From contig CAVOCY010000002.1 in the NCBI GenBank assembly GCA_963694385.1, forward strand, positions 2,208-66,207: 64,000 nucleotides of DNA, written 5' to 3'. The position numbers and the translations under genes are program-made. Positions 21,345-30,357 of the stretch are shown one piece after another. Under the pieces are notes generated by a model, which worked only from the letters and a program-made list of their open reading frames with translations, was not told where the DNA came from and did not search any database. The DNA comes from Candidatus Altimarinota bacterium. Its GTDB lineage: Bacteria; Patescibacteriota; Gracilibacteria; Peribacterales; Peribacteraceae. Position 1 is the stretch's first letter. Each line of letters opens with the position of its first letter.

Positions 21345-21881
21345 ATGCAGCCTATAGACGTACTAATAGTGTTTCTTATACTTTGGGTATTTGGCATCGT
21401 GCTAATGGCAGTTACGTCCATTTTCTTGCGTGCACCCTATGTTCCTACCCCTATGAAGGTTACTAGGAAGATGGTGGCATTTGCAGACCTTAAAGGAGAT
21501 GAGGTGATTTACGACCTTGGGGCAGGAGATGCAAGATTACTCATAGAATCCAAGCGTACTCATCCAAATGTGACTGTTACAGGGTTTGAGCTATCACCTT
21601 TGGTCTATTTATTGGGATTGTTTCGGATCTGGCAATCGAGAGTAAAAGTAAAACTCATGATGAAGAACTTCTTTCATCAGGATGTATCAGATGCTGATTG
21701 TGTATTTCTCTACTTGATGCCAGGGGCTATGAAATCACTCCAAAAGAAATTTGAAACAGAGCTAAAACCCGGTACAAAAATCGTCTCTCATGCTTTTAAG
21801 TTTCCTGATAGAAAGCCTATTAAGACAATGCCCGTACCGTGGCTAAAGGGGAAGAAGACGATTTTGCTCTATGAATGGTAA
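21345..21881 (+). CDS. class I SAM-dependent methyltransferase with N-terminal TM helix
   Basis: Motif I VIYDLGAGDARLLIE, preceded by the TM segment VLIVFLILWVFGIVLMAV. Confidence 0.75.
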   Translation: MQPIDVLIVFLILWVFGIVLMAVTSIFLRAPYVPTPMKVTRKMVAFADLKGDEVIYDLGAGDARLLIESKRTHPNVTVTGFELSPLVYLLGLFRIWQSRVKVKLMMKNFFHQDVSDADCVFLYLMPGAMKSLQKKFETELKPGTKIVSHAFKFPDRKPIKTMPVPWLKGKKTILLYEW

Positions 21882-23184
21882 GAATCAGAAGTGCGTAGTA
21901 GAGGACCAGAGCCCATGAAGGAAGATCGATATCAATAGAAGCGAAAGGAATAGTGCTGCTGATATGTGCTACTTGTATTATCCACTCCAGACAGACCCAT
22001 CCAAAATATGCGAGTAGCAATCCAAGAGAAGGGATTACAAAGCTTACAAGTGTAGAAAGAGCGCCGAGTAGCATTGCCAAAGGAATAACTGGAGCGGTAA
22101 GAAGATTTGCAATAGGGGCTATCAGAGAAAAGCGTCCAAAGAGAATAATGATTAGTGGCACAGCAGTAATTTGTGCTGCAACTGTCATCTGTAAAGATTC
22201 TTGTATTGCTAGTGCCTTTGGGATTCTCTTAAATACAACATCAAGATGTTCTCCTAGCTCTGTTAGCCCAATGACTGCCAGAAATGACAGTTGAAACCCT
22301 GCGTCATACCAGAGGATCTTTGGGTTAAGAGCCACCATAAAAAATGCAGTCCACAAAATAGAGAGTCGCACGCTGGATATTCTTCCGCTTTGAAGAGCCA
22401 CGAGTCCTAGTACTCCCATGATTGCTGCTCTTACTACGGCTGCGCTTGCTCCCACAAAAATAGTGAAGACGATTATAGAAATAATCGCAGGGAAGAATCT
22501 TATTTTTAGTGGTAACCAAAAGAGGGCACTGCTAATTATGGCTATCACGATGGTGATGTTGTAGCCCGATATCGCAATGATGTGTGTAAGTCCTGTGATA
22601 TTAAATGCTTGCATGAGGCTATCTGGGATACCACGACGTGACCCAGTAAGAAGCCCTGCCATAAATGATGCATGAGGCTCTGGATAGAGTCGATTGATTT
22701 GTGATTCGAAGGATTCTTTGAAGCTGTAGAGTTTCCTTCTTATTGCTGTAGAAGTGATCGGTTGTCGGTTGTCGGTTATCAGTTTCACCGATCCTCGATA
22801 CATCACGGCATATATGTCATATCTGGAGAGATATTGATCGTAATGGAAGGATTCTATTTGTTCTGGCTTTTCGAGTATTCCTTTAGCTGTGACTCGGTCT
22901 CCATATTCATATTCTGGCCATTGTCTGCGGTCTGATACAAGGACGTTTCCTGATATCCCATCAAAAACTATTCCGGACCCATTCGTAAGTTGATCTATTG
23001 CCACAGTGTATTTGGTGATCATCGGACGTCTATCAGGTTCATCTGCTATCACTCCGCGGATTATTACATTTTCTGTGTTGGCATACCAATCGATAGTGTT
23101 TGGTGTTGAGGTATGTGCAGTACGAATAACGCATGTGAATGCAGCAGTTACCCCAAGTAGTGTAGATATCAACTTGCCCACCAT
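21820..23184 (-). CDS. comEC: ComEC/Rec2 DNA internalisation channel (DUF4131 plus competence domain, no beta-lactamase-like domain)
   Basis: ITGLTHIIAISGYNITIV signature and a polytopic C-terminal half. At 454 aa it ends before any metallo-beta-lactamase module. Confidence 0.85.
   Translation of the reverse strand: MVGKLISTLLGVTAAFTCVIRTAHTSTPNTIDWYANTENVIIRGVIADEPDRRPMITKYTVAIDQLTNGSGIVFDGISGNVLVSDRRQWPEYEYGDRVTAKGILEKPEQIESFHYDQYLSRYDIYAVMYRGSVKLITDNRQPITSTAIRRKLYSFKESFESQINRLYPEPHASFMAGLLTGSRRGIPDSLMQAFNITGLTHIIAISGYNITIVIAIISSALFWLPLKIRFFPAIISIIVFTIFVGASAAVVRAAIMGVLGLVALQSGRISSVRLSILWTAFFMVALNPKILWYDAGFQLSFLAVIGLTELGEHLDVVFKRIPKALAIQESLQMTVAAQITAVPLIIILFGRFSLIAPIANLLTAPVIPLAMLLGALSTLVSFVIPSLGLLLAYFGWVCLEWIIQVAHISSTIPFASIDIDLPSWALVLYYALLILTIHRAKSSSSPLATVRALS
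22759..22779. repeat. tandem heptamer CGGTTGT x3 inside comEC
   Basis: Read directly from the sequence; the third copy is CGGTTAT. Confidence 0.9.
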
Positions 23185-23254
23185 TGCAGGAGGAATATTG
23201 TGACTAAAAAAGATCCGAGAAACCAGTAAGCGAAGATGTGCATAGCGTATGAAT

Positions 23255-24070
23255 TTACGCTGCAGCCTTTGCTAGTGCTATCCACTCATCAACAGTGAGT
23301 GTTTGAGGTCGCCTTGTTTCGTCTATTCCTACAGTAGAAAGCAGTTCCAAACCCTCAGGGAACGTCCCGAAACTATTGCGGAGCATTTTACGTTTTTGGG
23401 AGAATCCAATTTTTGTAAGTTTTAGTACTTGTTCGATAGTTGCCGCATCTGCCAACGGCTTTTCGTAGCAATCAATATGAATCACTGCAGAGTCTACTTT
23501 GGGTGGAGGAAGAAATGCCTTAGGAGGAACGTTAATGACTTTTGTTGCTTTTCCAAACAGAGAAACTATCACCGTTAGCATGCTGGCATTTTTGGTGTCG
23601 CAGATTCTGTCTGCTACTTCTTTCTGGATGAGTAACGTCATTGAAGTGGGATACGTATCAGACTCCAAAAATACATGCTGCAGTAGCGGAGAAGTAATGT
23701 GGTAGGGGATGTTGGCTACCATCTTATAAGGCTCTGATGGCATGGGGACCTTAAGAGCATTTTCATTTATTACGTTTAGCTTCGTATTAGCTCGTACATA
23801 TTCATGGAGAAGAGGGATCATTCGTGCATCAAGTTCGATAGCGGTCACTTTGGCGGCACGCTCTAGAAGCTCTTTTGTTAGTACACCTATTCCAGGGCCT
23901 ATCTCGACAATATGATCACTGCTTTTGATTTGAGCCGCTTCTACTATCTGGTCGAGGATTGGTTGATCGACCAAGAAGTGTTGCCCCAAATCAGTATTAA
24001 GACGTAATAGATACGTGGAGCAGAACTGCCGAATTTGGGCTTTGAGGTCAGACATAACTTTTGTTGACAT
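23255..24070 (-). CDS. rsmA: 16S rRNA (adenine1518/1519-N6)-dimethyltransferase
   Basis: LGQHFLVDQPILDQIV, EIGPGIGVLT and VANIPYHITSPLL. Confidence 0.93.
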   Translation of the reverse strand: MSTKVMSDLKAQIRQFCSTYLLRLNTDLGQHFLVDQPILDQIVEAAQIKSSDHIVEIGPGIGVLTKELLERAAKVTAIELDARMIPLLHEYVRANTKLNVINENALKVPMPSEPYKMVANIPYHITSPLLQHVFLESDTYPTSMTLLIQKEVADRICDTKNASMLTVIVSLFGKATKVINVPPKAFLPPPKVDSAVIHIDCYEKPLADAATIEQVLKLTKIGFSQKRKMLRNSFGTFPEGLELLSTVGIDETRRPQTLTVDEWIALAKAAA

Positions 24071-24249
24071 GATCCATCATATCAGTAGAATTCTATTACA
24101 CATGACTTCTTACACGTTTTTCTACGGCTACTGGAGCTTCGCATTTAGTGCGGGGACAGTGCTGTAAACGTATCTGAATAACGAATTCGTTTAAGTGCCT
24201 TCCCCAAGCTGAGAAGGACTTTTTTATATGTATTTTCCAAATATTTCCC

Positions 24250-25257
24250 ATGAGAGAACTGATTAAGCCATTACCAACCGCAGAAGAAATCGCTGAAAAA
24301 TACCCAGCAGATCAGAAGGCTGTTGCACAAAATCGTCAGCTGATCTGCGATGTACTCAGTGGTAAAGATTCACGTCTCCTTGTCCTTACTGGCCCTTGTT
24401 CTGCTTCTAATGCAGATACTTTAATGCGTCTATCAGACAGCCTTGCTCGGTTTCAAGAAGACGTCCGAGATAAGATTGTGCTTGGGCTTCGTGTGTACAT
24501 TCAAAAGCCTAGAACAGAGCTTGGATGGGCTGGGCCGATCAATCAGCCTAATCCTATGCAGCCTCCAGACCTTGAAGCAGGAATACATCACTGCGCCAGT
24601 ATGATGAGTGAGGCTTCAGCACAAAATCCTTTGGCAGATGAAATGTTGTTTACACATAATGGTGGATACTTTGCACCATATCTTAGTTACACGGCACTCG
24701 GTGCTCGTAGCGCAGAGGATGGAGAACATAGACAGATTGCTTCTGGAGAAGATATGCCAATTGGTGTCAAAAATCCCCGTAGTGGAGATATCGATGATGC
24801 AGTAAGTGGTGTTATTACAGTGCAAAGCGGTCATGATCATGCGCATTACGGACAATGGGTTCGTTCGAGTGGAAATCCACACGCTCACGTTATTCTTCGT
24901 GGGGGAAAGCATCATACGAACTACGGACCAGATTCCATTTACGAGACAGCCAAGCTCCTCGAAAAGAAGGAGGTCCAAAATCCTGCCATTGTAGTAGATG
25001 CTAGTCATGATAATTCTCGCAGTGGAAACGGAAAGAACCCTCTACTGCAGGAGTGTGTACTCCAGAGTATTGGCCTTGGAAAGCAGCGTGAATTTGAGGG
25101 GTACCAATACGTAAGAGGGCTTATGATGGAGCACAATATGAAGCGTGGAAAGCAGCCAATCTCTGATCGTATGGATCCAGACCTCTCTATTACCGATCCT
25201 TGTAGCAGTGATGAGGATATGATGCGTATGGTCTCTGAACTTGCCGAAAAGCTCTAA
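24250..25257 (+). CDS. 3-deoxy-7-phosphoheptulonate (DAHP) synthase, class I
   Basis: SRLLVLTGPCSASN, RVYIQKPRTELGWAGPINQP and VVDASHDNS, all closely matching the AroF/G/H pattern. Confidence 0.92.
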   Translation: MRELIKPLPTAEEIAEKYPADQKAVAQNRQLICDVLSGKDSRLLVLTGPCSASNADTLMRLSDSLARFQEDVRDKIVLGLRVYIQKPRTELGWAGPINQPNPMQPPDLEAGIHHCASMMSEASAQNPLADEMLFTHNGGYFAPYLSYTALGARSAEDGEHRQIASGEDMPIGVKNPRSGDIDDAVSGVITVQSGHDHAHYGQWVRSSGNPHAHVILRGGKHHTNYGPDSIYETAKLLEKKEVQNPAIVVDASHDNSRSGNGKNPLLQECVLQSIGLGKQREFEGYQYVRGLMMEHNMKRGKQPISDRMDPDLSITDPCSSDEDMMRMVSELAEKL

Positions 25258-25336
25258 TCTCTTGACCGATTCTCTATCTATCATTAACCTTTAATCAATG
25301 TTTACTCAGAACCTCCCAATGGCTCCAATGCCGCGA

Positions 25337-25420
25337 CCGCCTATGGCGGGGGAGATTTCTGTGTAATCGTTTAATTAGATTAACAATTTCCCCCAAGTAA
25401 TATATCCGGGGGAATTTTTG
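25337..25420 (+). promoter_or_regulatory. set of mutually exclusive hairpins ending in a terminator-like stem plus U-tract (candidate attenuator or riboswitch-like leader)
   Basis: Hairpin CCGCC-TAT-GGCGG at 25337-25349. GGGGGAGATT (25348-25357) can pair with AATTTCCCCC (25385-25394). Alternatively CCCCC (25390-25394) pairs with GGGGG (25408-25412), which is followed by AATTTTTG. Confidence 0.35.
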
Positions 25421-25442
25421 TATTCATTTTCTTTTCATCATC

Positions 25443-25718
25443 ATGAATGAACGTATCACTACTATTGAATCTACATCGTATATTGCTAATCGATCTGCAA
25501 TTGCACGCAATGATATCGAAGGTCAGACTATTCTTTTTCAGCAGGCTGTTGAAGGGCTTATGCGAAGAGATCTAAATGCGTTTTGTAATATTTGTGAGGC
25601 TACAGGTGTCGTTGGAGAGTCTGCAGAAGCGCTTAAGAGTGGATTAGTTGATCTCTTTGCATCAGAAACCCATTACAAGCGTAGAAATAAGTTAAAGAAT
25701 CAGGTGACCAGTGGATAA
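25443..25718 (+). CDS. hypothetical small protein (91 aa)
   Basis: ORF only; no signal peptide and no recognised motif. Confidence 0.45.
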   Translation: MNERITTIESTSYIANRSAIARNDIEGQTILFQQAVEGLMRRDLNAFCNICEATGVVGESAEALKSGLVDLFASETHYKRRNKLKNQVTSG

Positions 25719-25742
25719 GAATGGCACTATTATGGCTTCGTT

Positions 25743-26402
25743 ATGCGCATTATTGCCATTCTTTGTCTCCTCGGCCTACAGGCGCCTATCGCGCATGCAT
25801 ATCCAGAATCTCCTCCATTTGAGCAGACGCAGTTTTCAGAGGATTTTGGAGTGTTTCGCTGGTGGCGCAGTTGCTGGTGGAGGGTGTTTGATCCGAATGT
25901 CTATTTGATCTTTCAGCCTGATGGAGAGGTGCTTTTACTCTATCCTGATGGAACAGTCAGAGTAGCTACAGAAGAGGGCTTAGCGAGACTCTATGTATCA
26001 GGTGATGGGTTTTGCTTGAGTGATGTATACGGGGGAACGTTTACACGGTTTGGAGGGTCTTCTACTTCTGGAGGGCCTAATGGCTTCGGAGGCTTTCGAG
26101 GATATGGTGATTCATCCAGAACGGGTGTATTTAGTTTTGATGGGTCAGGTAATCCAATTGATAGAGATTCAAATGATTTTCGATTTGGTGGAGAAGATAC
26201 AGACCGTAGTGATGCAGGGTGGAGATTTGGCGGCGATGGATCTGGTGGACGTTTTGCAAGTACACGTATGGACGATTTCTTTTATGAGCCACTAGGACTT
26301 GTTGGTTGTGATAGTATTTACGACTCTAAAGATGGTGGTGTGCTTGGTCCTATCCCTTGTACTTCCTATCCGAATGTATTCGGAGATGTACCAAAATACT
26401 GA
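25743..26402 (+). CDS. secreted Gly/Asp/Phe-rich hypothetical protein
   Basis: Signal peptide MRIIAILCLLGLQAPIAHA and a recurring (R)FGG motif. Confidence 0.6.
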   Translation: MRIIAILCLLGLQAPIAHAYPESPPFEQTQFSEDFGVFRWWRSCWWRVFDPNVYLIFQPDGEVLLLYPDGTVRVATEEGLARLYVSGDGFCLSDVYGGTFTRFGGSSTSGGPNGFGGFRGYGDSSRTGVFSFDGSGNPIDRDSNDFRFGGEDTDRSDAGWRFGGDGSGGRFASTRMDDFFYEPLGLVGCDSIYDSKDGGVLGPIPCTSYPNVFGDVPKY

Positions 26403-26420
26403 AGCAGGTATACTACAATT

Positions 26421-28076
26421 ATGAGATTTCTATTAATTATCACAGGGGTCTTATCACCTTTAACTGTACTTGCTCTCTCGTATGAGTCGAGCAATTTGCC
26501 GTACACAGATGTGCCAACTGATCTTCCTACACAAATAGCTATTAGCACACTGACTGACTTAGGAATTGTTCAAGGAAACCCAGATGGCAGTTTTAAACCG
26601 AATGTCCCACTAAATCGTGCAGAGTTTATGAAGATTGCTATGAGTCTTTTGCCTCCGGCAACTTCTTATGTACCGACAAATTGTTTTCCAGATGTGGTAG
26701 AAAATATCTGGTTTACAGAACCTGTTTGTAGAGCAAAATCTATGGGGATCGTCAGTGGTAATGCAGTAAAAGATGTTCCTGCAGATCAATGGTTATTTGA
26801 GCCTGCTCGTTCTGTAAAATATGAAGAGGCGCTCAAAATTCTTTCAGGTATCTATGGAACGCCGATGCTTACAGTCGAAGGACAATGGTATGAAAAATAT
26901 GTACGCAGTGCAGAGAACATCGGTGTACAACTCCCAGACTCTGCTCCTGGATCTGGTTTAACACGTGGGCAGATTGCACGGCTTGTTGTCGCATATTTGG
27001 CACATTCTTATGACGAATTAGATGAGTTGCGTGCTGCAGAAAGTGGCGCCCAGAGTAGTAGCTCTTCTGCGCGCACTGTCTTTAGTGCTCCGTCGAGTTC
27101 TTCTTCTTCTGTGTCATCTGTTTCGACGTCATCTGATGTATACGATTCACTCATTGACGATACTTCTACTGATGATGCTGTTCTCGTTCTGGGTAAAGTA
27201 ACGCACATTCTTGGTGCAGCAGAGCTCTTTGCTGACCTAGAACCTATTCGTGTTCACTATTTCTTGATTGATATTGTTGCAGCCAATTCCTCTCTTGAGG
27301 CTATGAATGTATATGATGACCGTGGAAAATTTCTAGGGCGTGCAACGTTAGATTCATCCGTTGCAGGAAAAATGCGGTATCGTCTTGGCGTAAAAAATCA
27401 AGCGATCATTTTACCAAAAAGAGATGAGTATAGTTTTTATGTACGTGGAGTAATGCGATCTCAAGATAGTGGTGGTACAAGTGGAGGAAGTGTTCAGTTA
27501 GATGAGATGGGCATAGAAGGTATTGGAGATTGGAGTAATCGTGATTATGAAGTTATGACCAGTGGAGAAGCATTCTCCAAAACGACAGTAGCGCGAAGTG
27601 CTATTACTTCGATCGGCAATGCAGGGGACGATCGTTCTATCTTGATAGAAGGATCTGATATGGAAATAGGAGCATTTAGATTCGCAGGAGTGACAGGGCA
27701 CAGTGCTGCACGGATTGATATTACGGCAATAGACTTTACGATTGGCTCTGTTGGAGGAACAACTGTAAGTAATGCGACGATTAGAGTAGATGGAAGTTCT
27801 GAGAGACACAGTTGTAGCGTTGCTAGCTCTGTTCTGACTTGTAGTAGCTTGCCTGCAAGCTACGGTCGCTTAGATGATGGACCTCGTACACTTAGGGTGT
27901 ATGCAGACATAGATGCACCTGATGCTTCTGTGCATGCTGGATTACAAATTTCTATCAATGACCCAGGAAGCATAGGATCTGCAGGTGATATCACGTGGAC
28001 AGATGGAGTAACGAGCTTTACATGGATTGATATTAACGAGAGCCCTCTTGCAAGAGGTACATACTACTCGTACTAG
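26421..28076 (+). CDS. S-layer homology (SLH) domain surface protein
   Basis: A signal peptide followed by two SLH-like modules (YTDVPTDLPTQIAISTLTDLGIVQGNPDGSFKPNVPLNRAEFMKIAMSL and CFPDVVENIWFTEPVCRAKSMGIVSGN). A Ser-rich linker precedes a large C-terminal domain. Confidence 0.8.
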   Translation: MRFLLIITGVLSPLTVLALSYESSNLPYTDVPTDLPTQIAISTLTDLGIVQGNPDGSFKPNVPLNRAEFMKIAMSLLPPATSYVPTNCFPDVVENIWFTEPVCRAKSMGIVSGNAVKDVPADQWLFEPARSVKYEEALKILSGIYGTPMLTVEGQWYEKYVRSAENIGVQLPDSAPGSGLTRGQIARLVVAYLAHSYDELDELRAAESGAQSSSSSARTVFSAPSSSSSSVSSVSTSSDVYDSLIDDTSTDDAVLVLGKVTHILGAAELFADLEPIRVHYFLIDIVAANSSLEAMNVYDDRGKFLGRATLDSSVAGKMRYRLGVKNQAIILPKRDEYSFYVRGVMRSQDSGGTSGGSVQLDEMGIEGIGDWSNRDYEVMTSGEAFSKTTVARSAITSIGNAGDDRSILIEGSDMEIGAFRFAGVTGHSAARIDITAIDFTIGSVGGTTVSNATIRVDGSSERHSCSVASSVLTCSSLPASYGRLDDGPRTLRVYADIDAPDASVHAGLQISINDPGSIGSAGDITWTDGVTSFTWIDINESPLARGTYYSY

Positions 28077-30340
28077 AGTAGTTTTAGCGGTGCGATACTT
28101 AGAGCTAGCGTTTTCTTTTGCCCTAAATCAAAGTCGATATCTACAATGTCTCCTCGAATTGAGGTTACGGTTCCTTTTCCAAATGTTGGATGTTCTATTC
28201 GAGCTCCTTCTTCAAGCTCATTATCTTGATTAAAGTCTTCTGAGGAAAAGTCGGTATCCTGATCAAATTCAATCTTGAGATCATCCTTCTGCCTAAAGGG
28301 TTGCACACCTGTACCCAGTCCTTCTTCTCCTTTTTTGCTTGCCCAGGAAAATGCAGAAAGCAGTTCATCACTGCGTCGCTCGGTTACAGCTTCGGGTAAG
28401 CTATCTAGAAACCTACTCGGGGCGTTTGCTTGGGTCTTTCCCCAAAGCATGCGACTTCTTGCAAACATCAATCGTAGATGCTTCTTGGCTCTAGTCATTC
28501 CTACGTACATAATGCGGCGCTCTTCCTCAAGTTGATCTTTATCAAACATGCTATTTGCATGTGGGAAAATTCCTTCTTCACATCCGGCAATGATGACATG
28601 CTCAAATTCTAACCCTTTACAGAGGTGCAATGTCATAAGCGTTAAAGCGTCAGTGCTTTTGTCTGCTAGCTTATCTACCTCAGATACAAGAGCTACTTCC
28701 TCTAAGAAGCTCATCAGGCTTGTCTGAGCATCTAGTGAGTCGTACTTGTGCATCACACTCAAAAGTTCCTGCACGTTACCCCATCGGTTTTCACCTTCTT
28801 CTGTATCGTCACGTAACCAGTGTTCTATATCTATTGCGTGAATAAGATGTCCACACAGTTCGGATACTACCTGAGTCTTTGCTTTCTCTTGGTATTGAAC
28901 AATCAATTCGGTGAACTTCTGGAGACGCTCTTTGGTTGGGTCATTAATCTCTTGAACCTGTTGAACAATGTTTAGCGTATCCCATAGTGTCATATCGTTA
29001 TTCGAAGCAAAAACTTGAAGCTTTGCGATAGTGGTCAGACCAATCTTCCGTGATGGTATATTAATAATACGCAAGAGAGAGATAGTGTCATACGGATTTA
29101 AAATTACATGCAAATATGACAGTATGTCTTTTACCTCTTTGCGTGCGTAGAATTTTACGCCACCAAGAATACGGTAGGGGATACCGTTTTTTAGACAGGC
29201 TTCTTCAAACAATCGAGATTGTGCATTAGCTCTATATAAAATCACTTGGTCGCTTAGCTTAACACCTTTATGCCTATGCATTTCATCTGCTGCTTTTATG
29301 GCTTCTAGTGCTTCTTTCTTCTCGTCTCCTACTTCTTGCACAATAACATTAGACCCCTCTTTATTCTCGGTCCACATCTTTTTCTCTGGCCTATTAGGGT
29401 TTTCTTCTATTACTCCATCTGCTGCATCTAAAATGGGCTGTGTAGAGCGATAGTTTTGCTCCAGCTTTATACGTCTTGCGTTTGGGTACTCTTTTTCAAA
29501 CTCCATAATATTTCTGATGTCTGCTCCTCGAAATGCGTAAATGGATTGATCTGGGTCTCCAATGACACAGAGGTTTCCGTGTTTTTTTGCGAGTAATGTC
29601 ATCAAAAGATACTGAACATGGTTGGTATCTTGGTACTCATCAACATGGAGGTATTTCCATGTCTCTTGATAGCGCTCTAAGATCTCTGGCACTTCAGTAA
29701 AGAGGCGTACGGTCTCTAGCAACATGTCGTCAAAGTCCAATGCATTCGCTGCAAACAAAGCCTTTTGATATCGCTTGTATGCAGTAATAACATGTTGCAT
29801 GCGTGGCGTAGTTGCTTGTGACTCTGCGCGCTTTGGGCTGAGTGCTTCACTCTTAAATCGACTGACATACCCTAGAGCTGCTTTTGGTTTAAGTTCTGTT
29901 TCATCTACATTCATTTCTCTAAGGACTTCTTTCATCAATCGTTTTTGGTCGTCTGTGTCGTAGATAACAAATGTATTCTCTCGACCAATCTTATCGATAT
30001 CTCGACGCAGTATTCGTGCACAGACAGAGTGGAACGTTCCCATTACCGGTAATTTTCCTGCATTCATCTGCCACTGAGAGAGATTTACTCCTTCGGTTAT
30101 ATGTAAGAGGTTCTCGATACGCTCTTTCATTTCTGATGCTGCCTTATTCGTAAATGTTACGGCAAGAATTTGCCATGGAGGTACTCCGTCATCAATAAGT
30201 TTTGCAATACGGTGGGTGAGTGCACGCGTCTTTCCACTTCCTGCTCCTGCCAATATAAGCACAGGACCATCAGTGAACATTACCGCTTGTTGTTGCGGTT
30301 CATTGAGATTGGCGATGATGAGTTCTTTTGCAGTTGGCAC
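28073..30340 (-). CDS. pcrA: ATP-dependent DNA helicase PcrA/UvrD
   Basis: LNEPQQQAVMFTDGPVLILAGAGSGKTRALTHRIA, DEYQDTN, and a C-terminal EHPTFGKGTV Tudor-like tail. It uses a GTG start. Confidence 0.93.
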   Translation of the reverse strand: MPTAKELIIANLNEPQQQAVMFTDGPVLILAGAGSGKTRALTHRIAKLIDDGVPPWQILAVTFTNKAASEMKERIENLLHITEGVNLSQWQMNAGKLPVMGTFHSVCARILRRDIDKIGRENTFVIYDTDDQKRLMKEVLREMNVDETELKPKAALGYVSRFKSEALSPKRAESQATTPRMQHVITAYKRYQKALFAANALDFDDMLLETVRLFTEVPEILERYQETWKYLHVDEYQDTNHVQYLLMTLLAKKHGNLCVIGDPDQSIYAFRGADIRNIMEFEKEYPNARRIKLEQNYRSTQPILDAADGVIEENPNRPEKKMWTENKEGSNVIVQEVGDEKKEALEAIKAADEMHRHKGVKLSDQVILYRANAQSRLFEEACLKNGIPYRILGGVKFYARKEVKDILSYLHVILNPYDTISLLRIINIPSRKIGLTTIAKLQVFASNNDMTLWDTLNIVQQVQEINDPTKERLQKFTELIVQYQEKAKTQVVSELCGHLIHAIDIEHWLRDDTEEGENRWGNVQELLSVMHKYDSLDAQTSLMSFLEEVALVSEVDKLADKSTDALTLMTLHLCKGLEFEHVIIAGCEEGIFPHANSMFDKDQLEEERRIMYVGMTRAKKHLRLMFARSRMLWGKTQANAPSRFLDSLPEAVTERRSDELLSAFSWASKKGEEGLGTGVQPFRQKDDLKIEFDQDTDFSSEDFNQDNELEEGARIEHPTFGKGTVTSIRGDIVDIDFDLGQKKTLALSIAPLKLL

Positions 30341-30357
30341 GAGTGGATTGTACCGTG

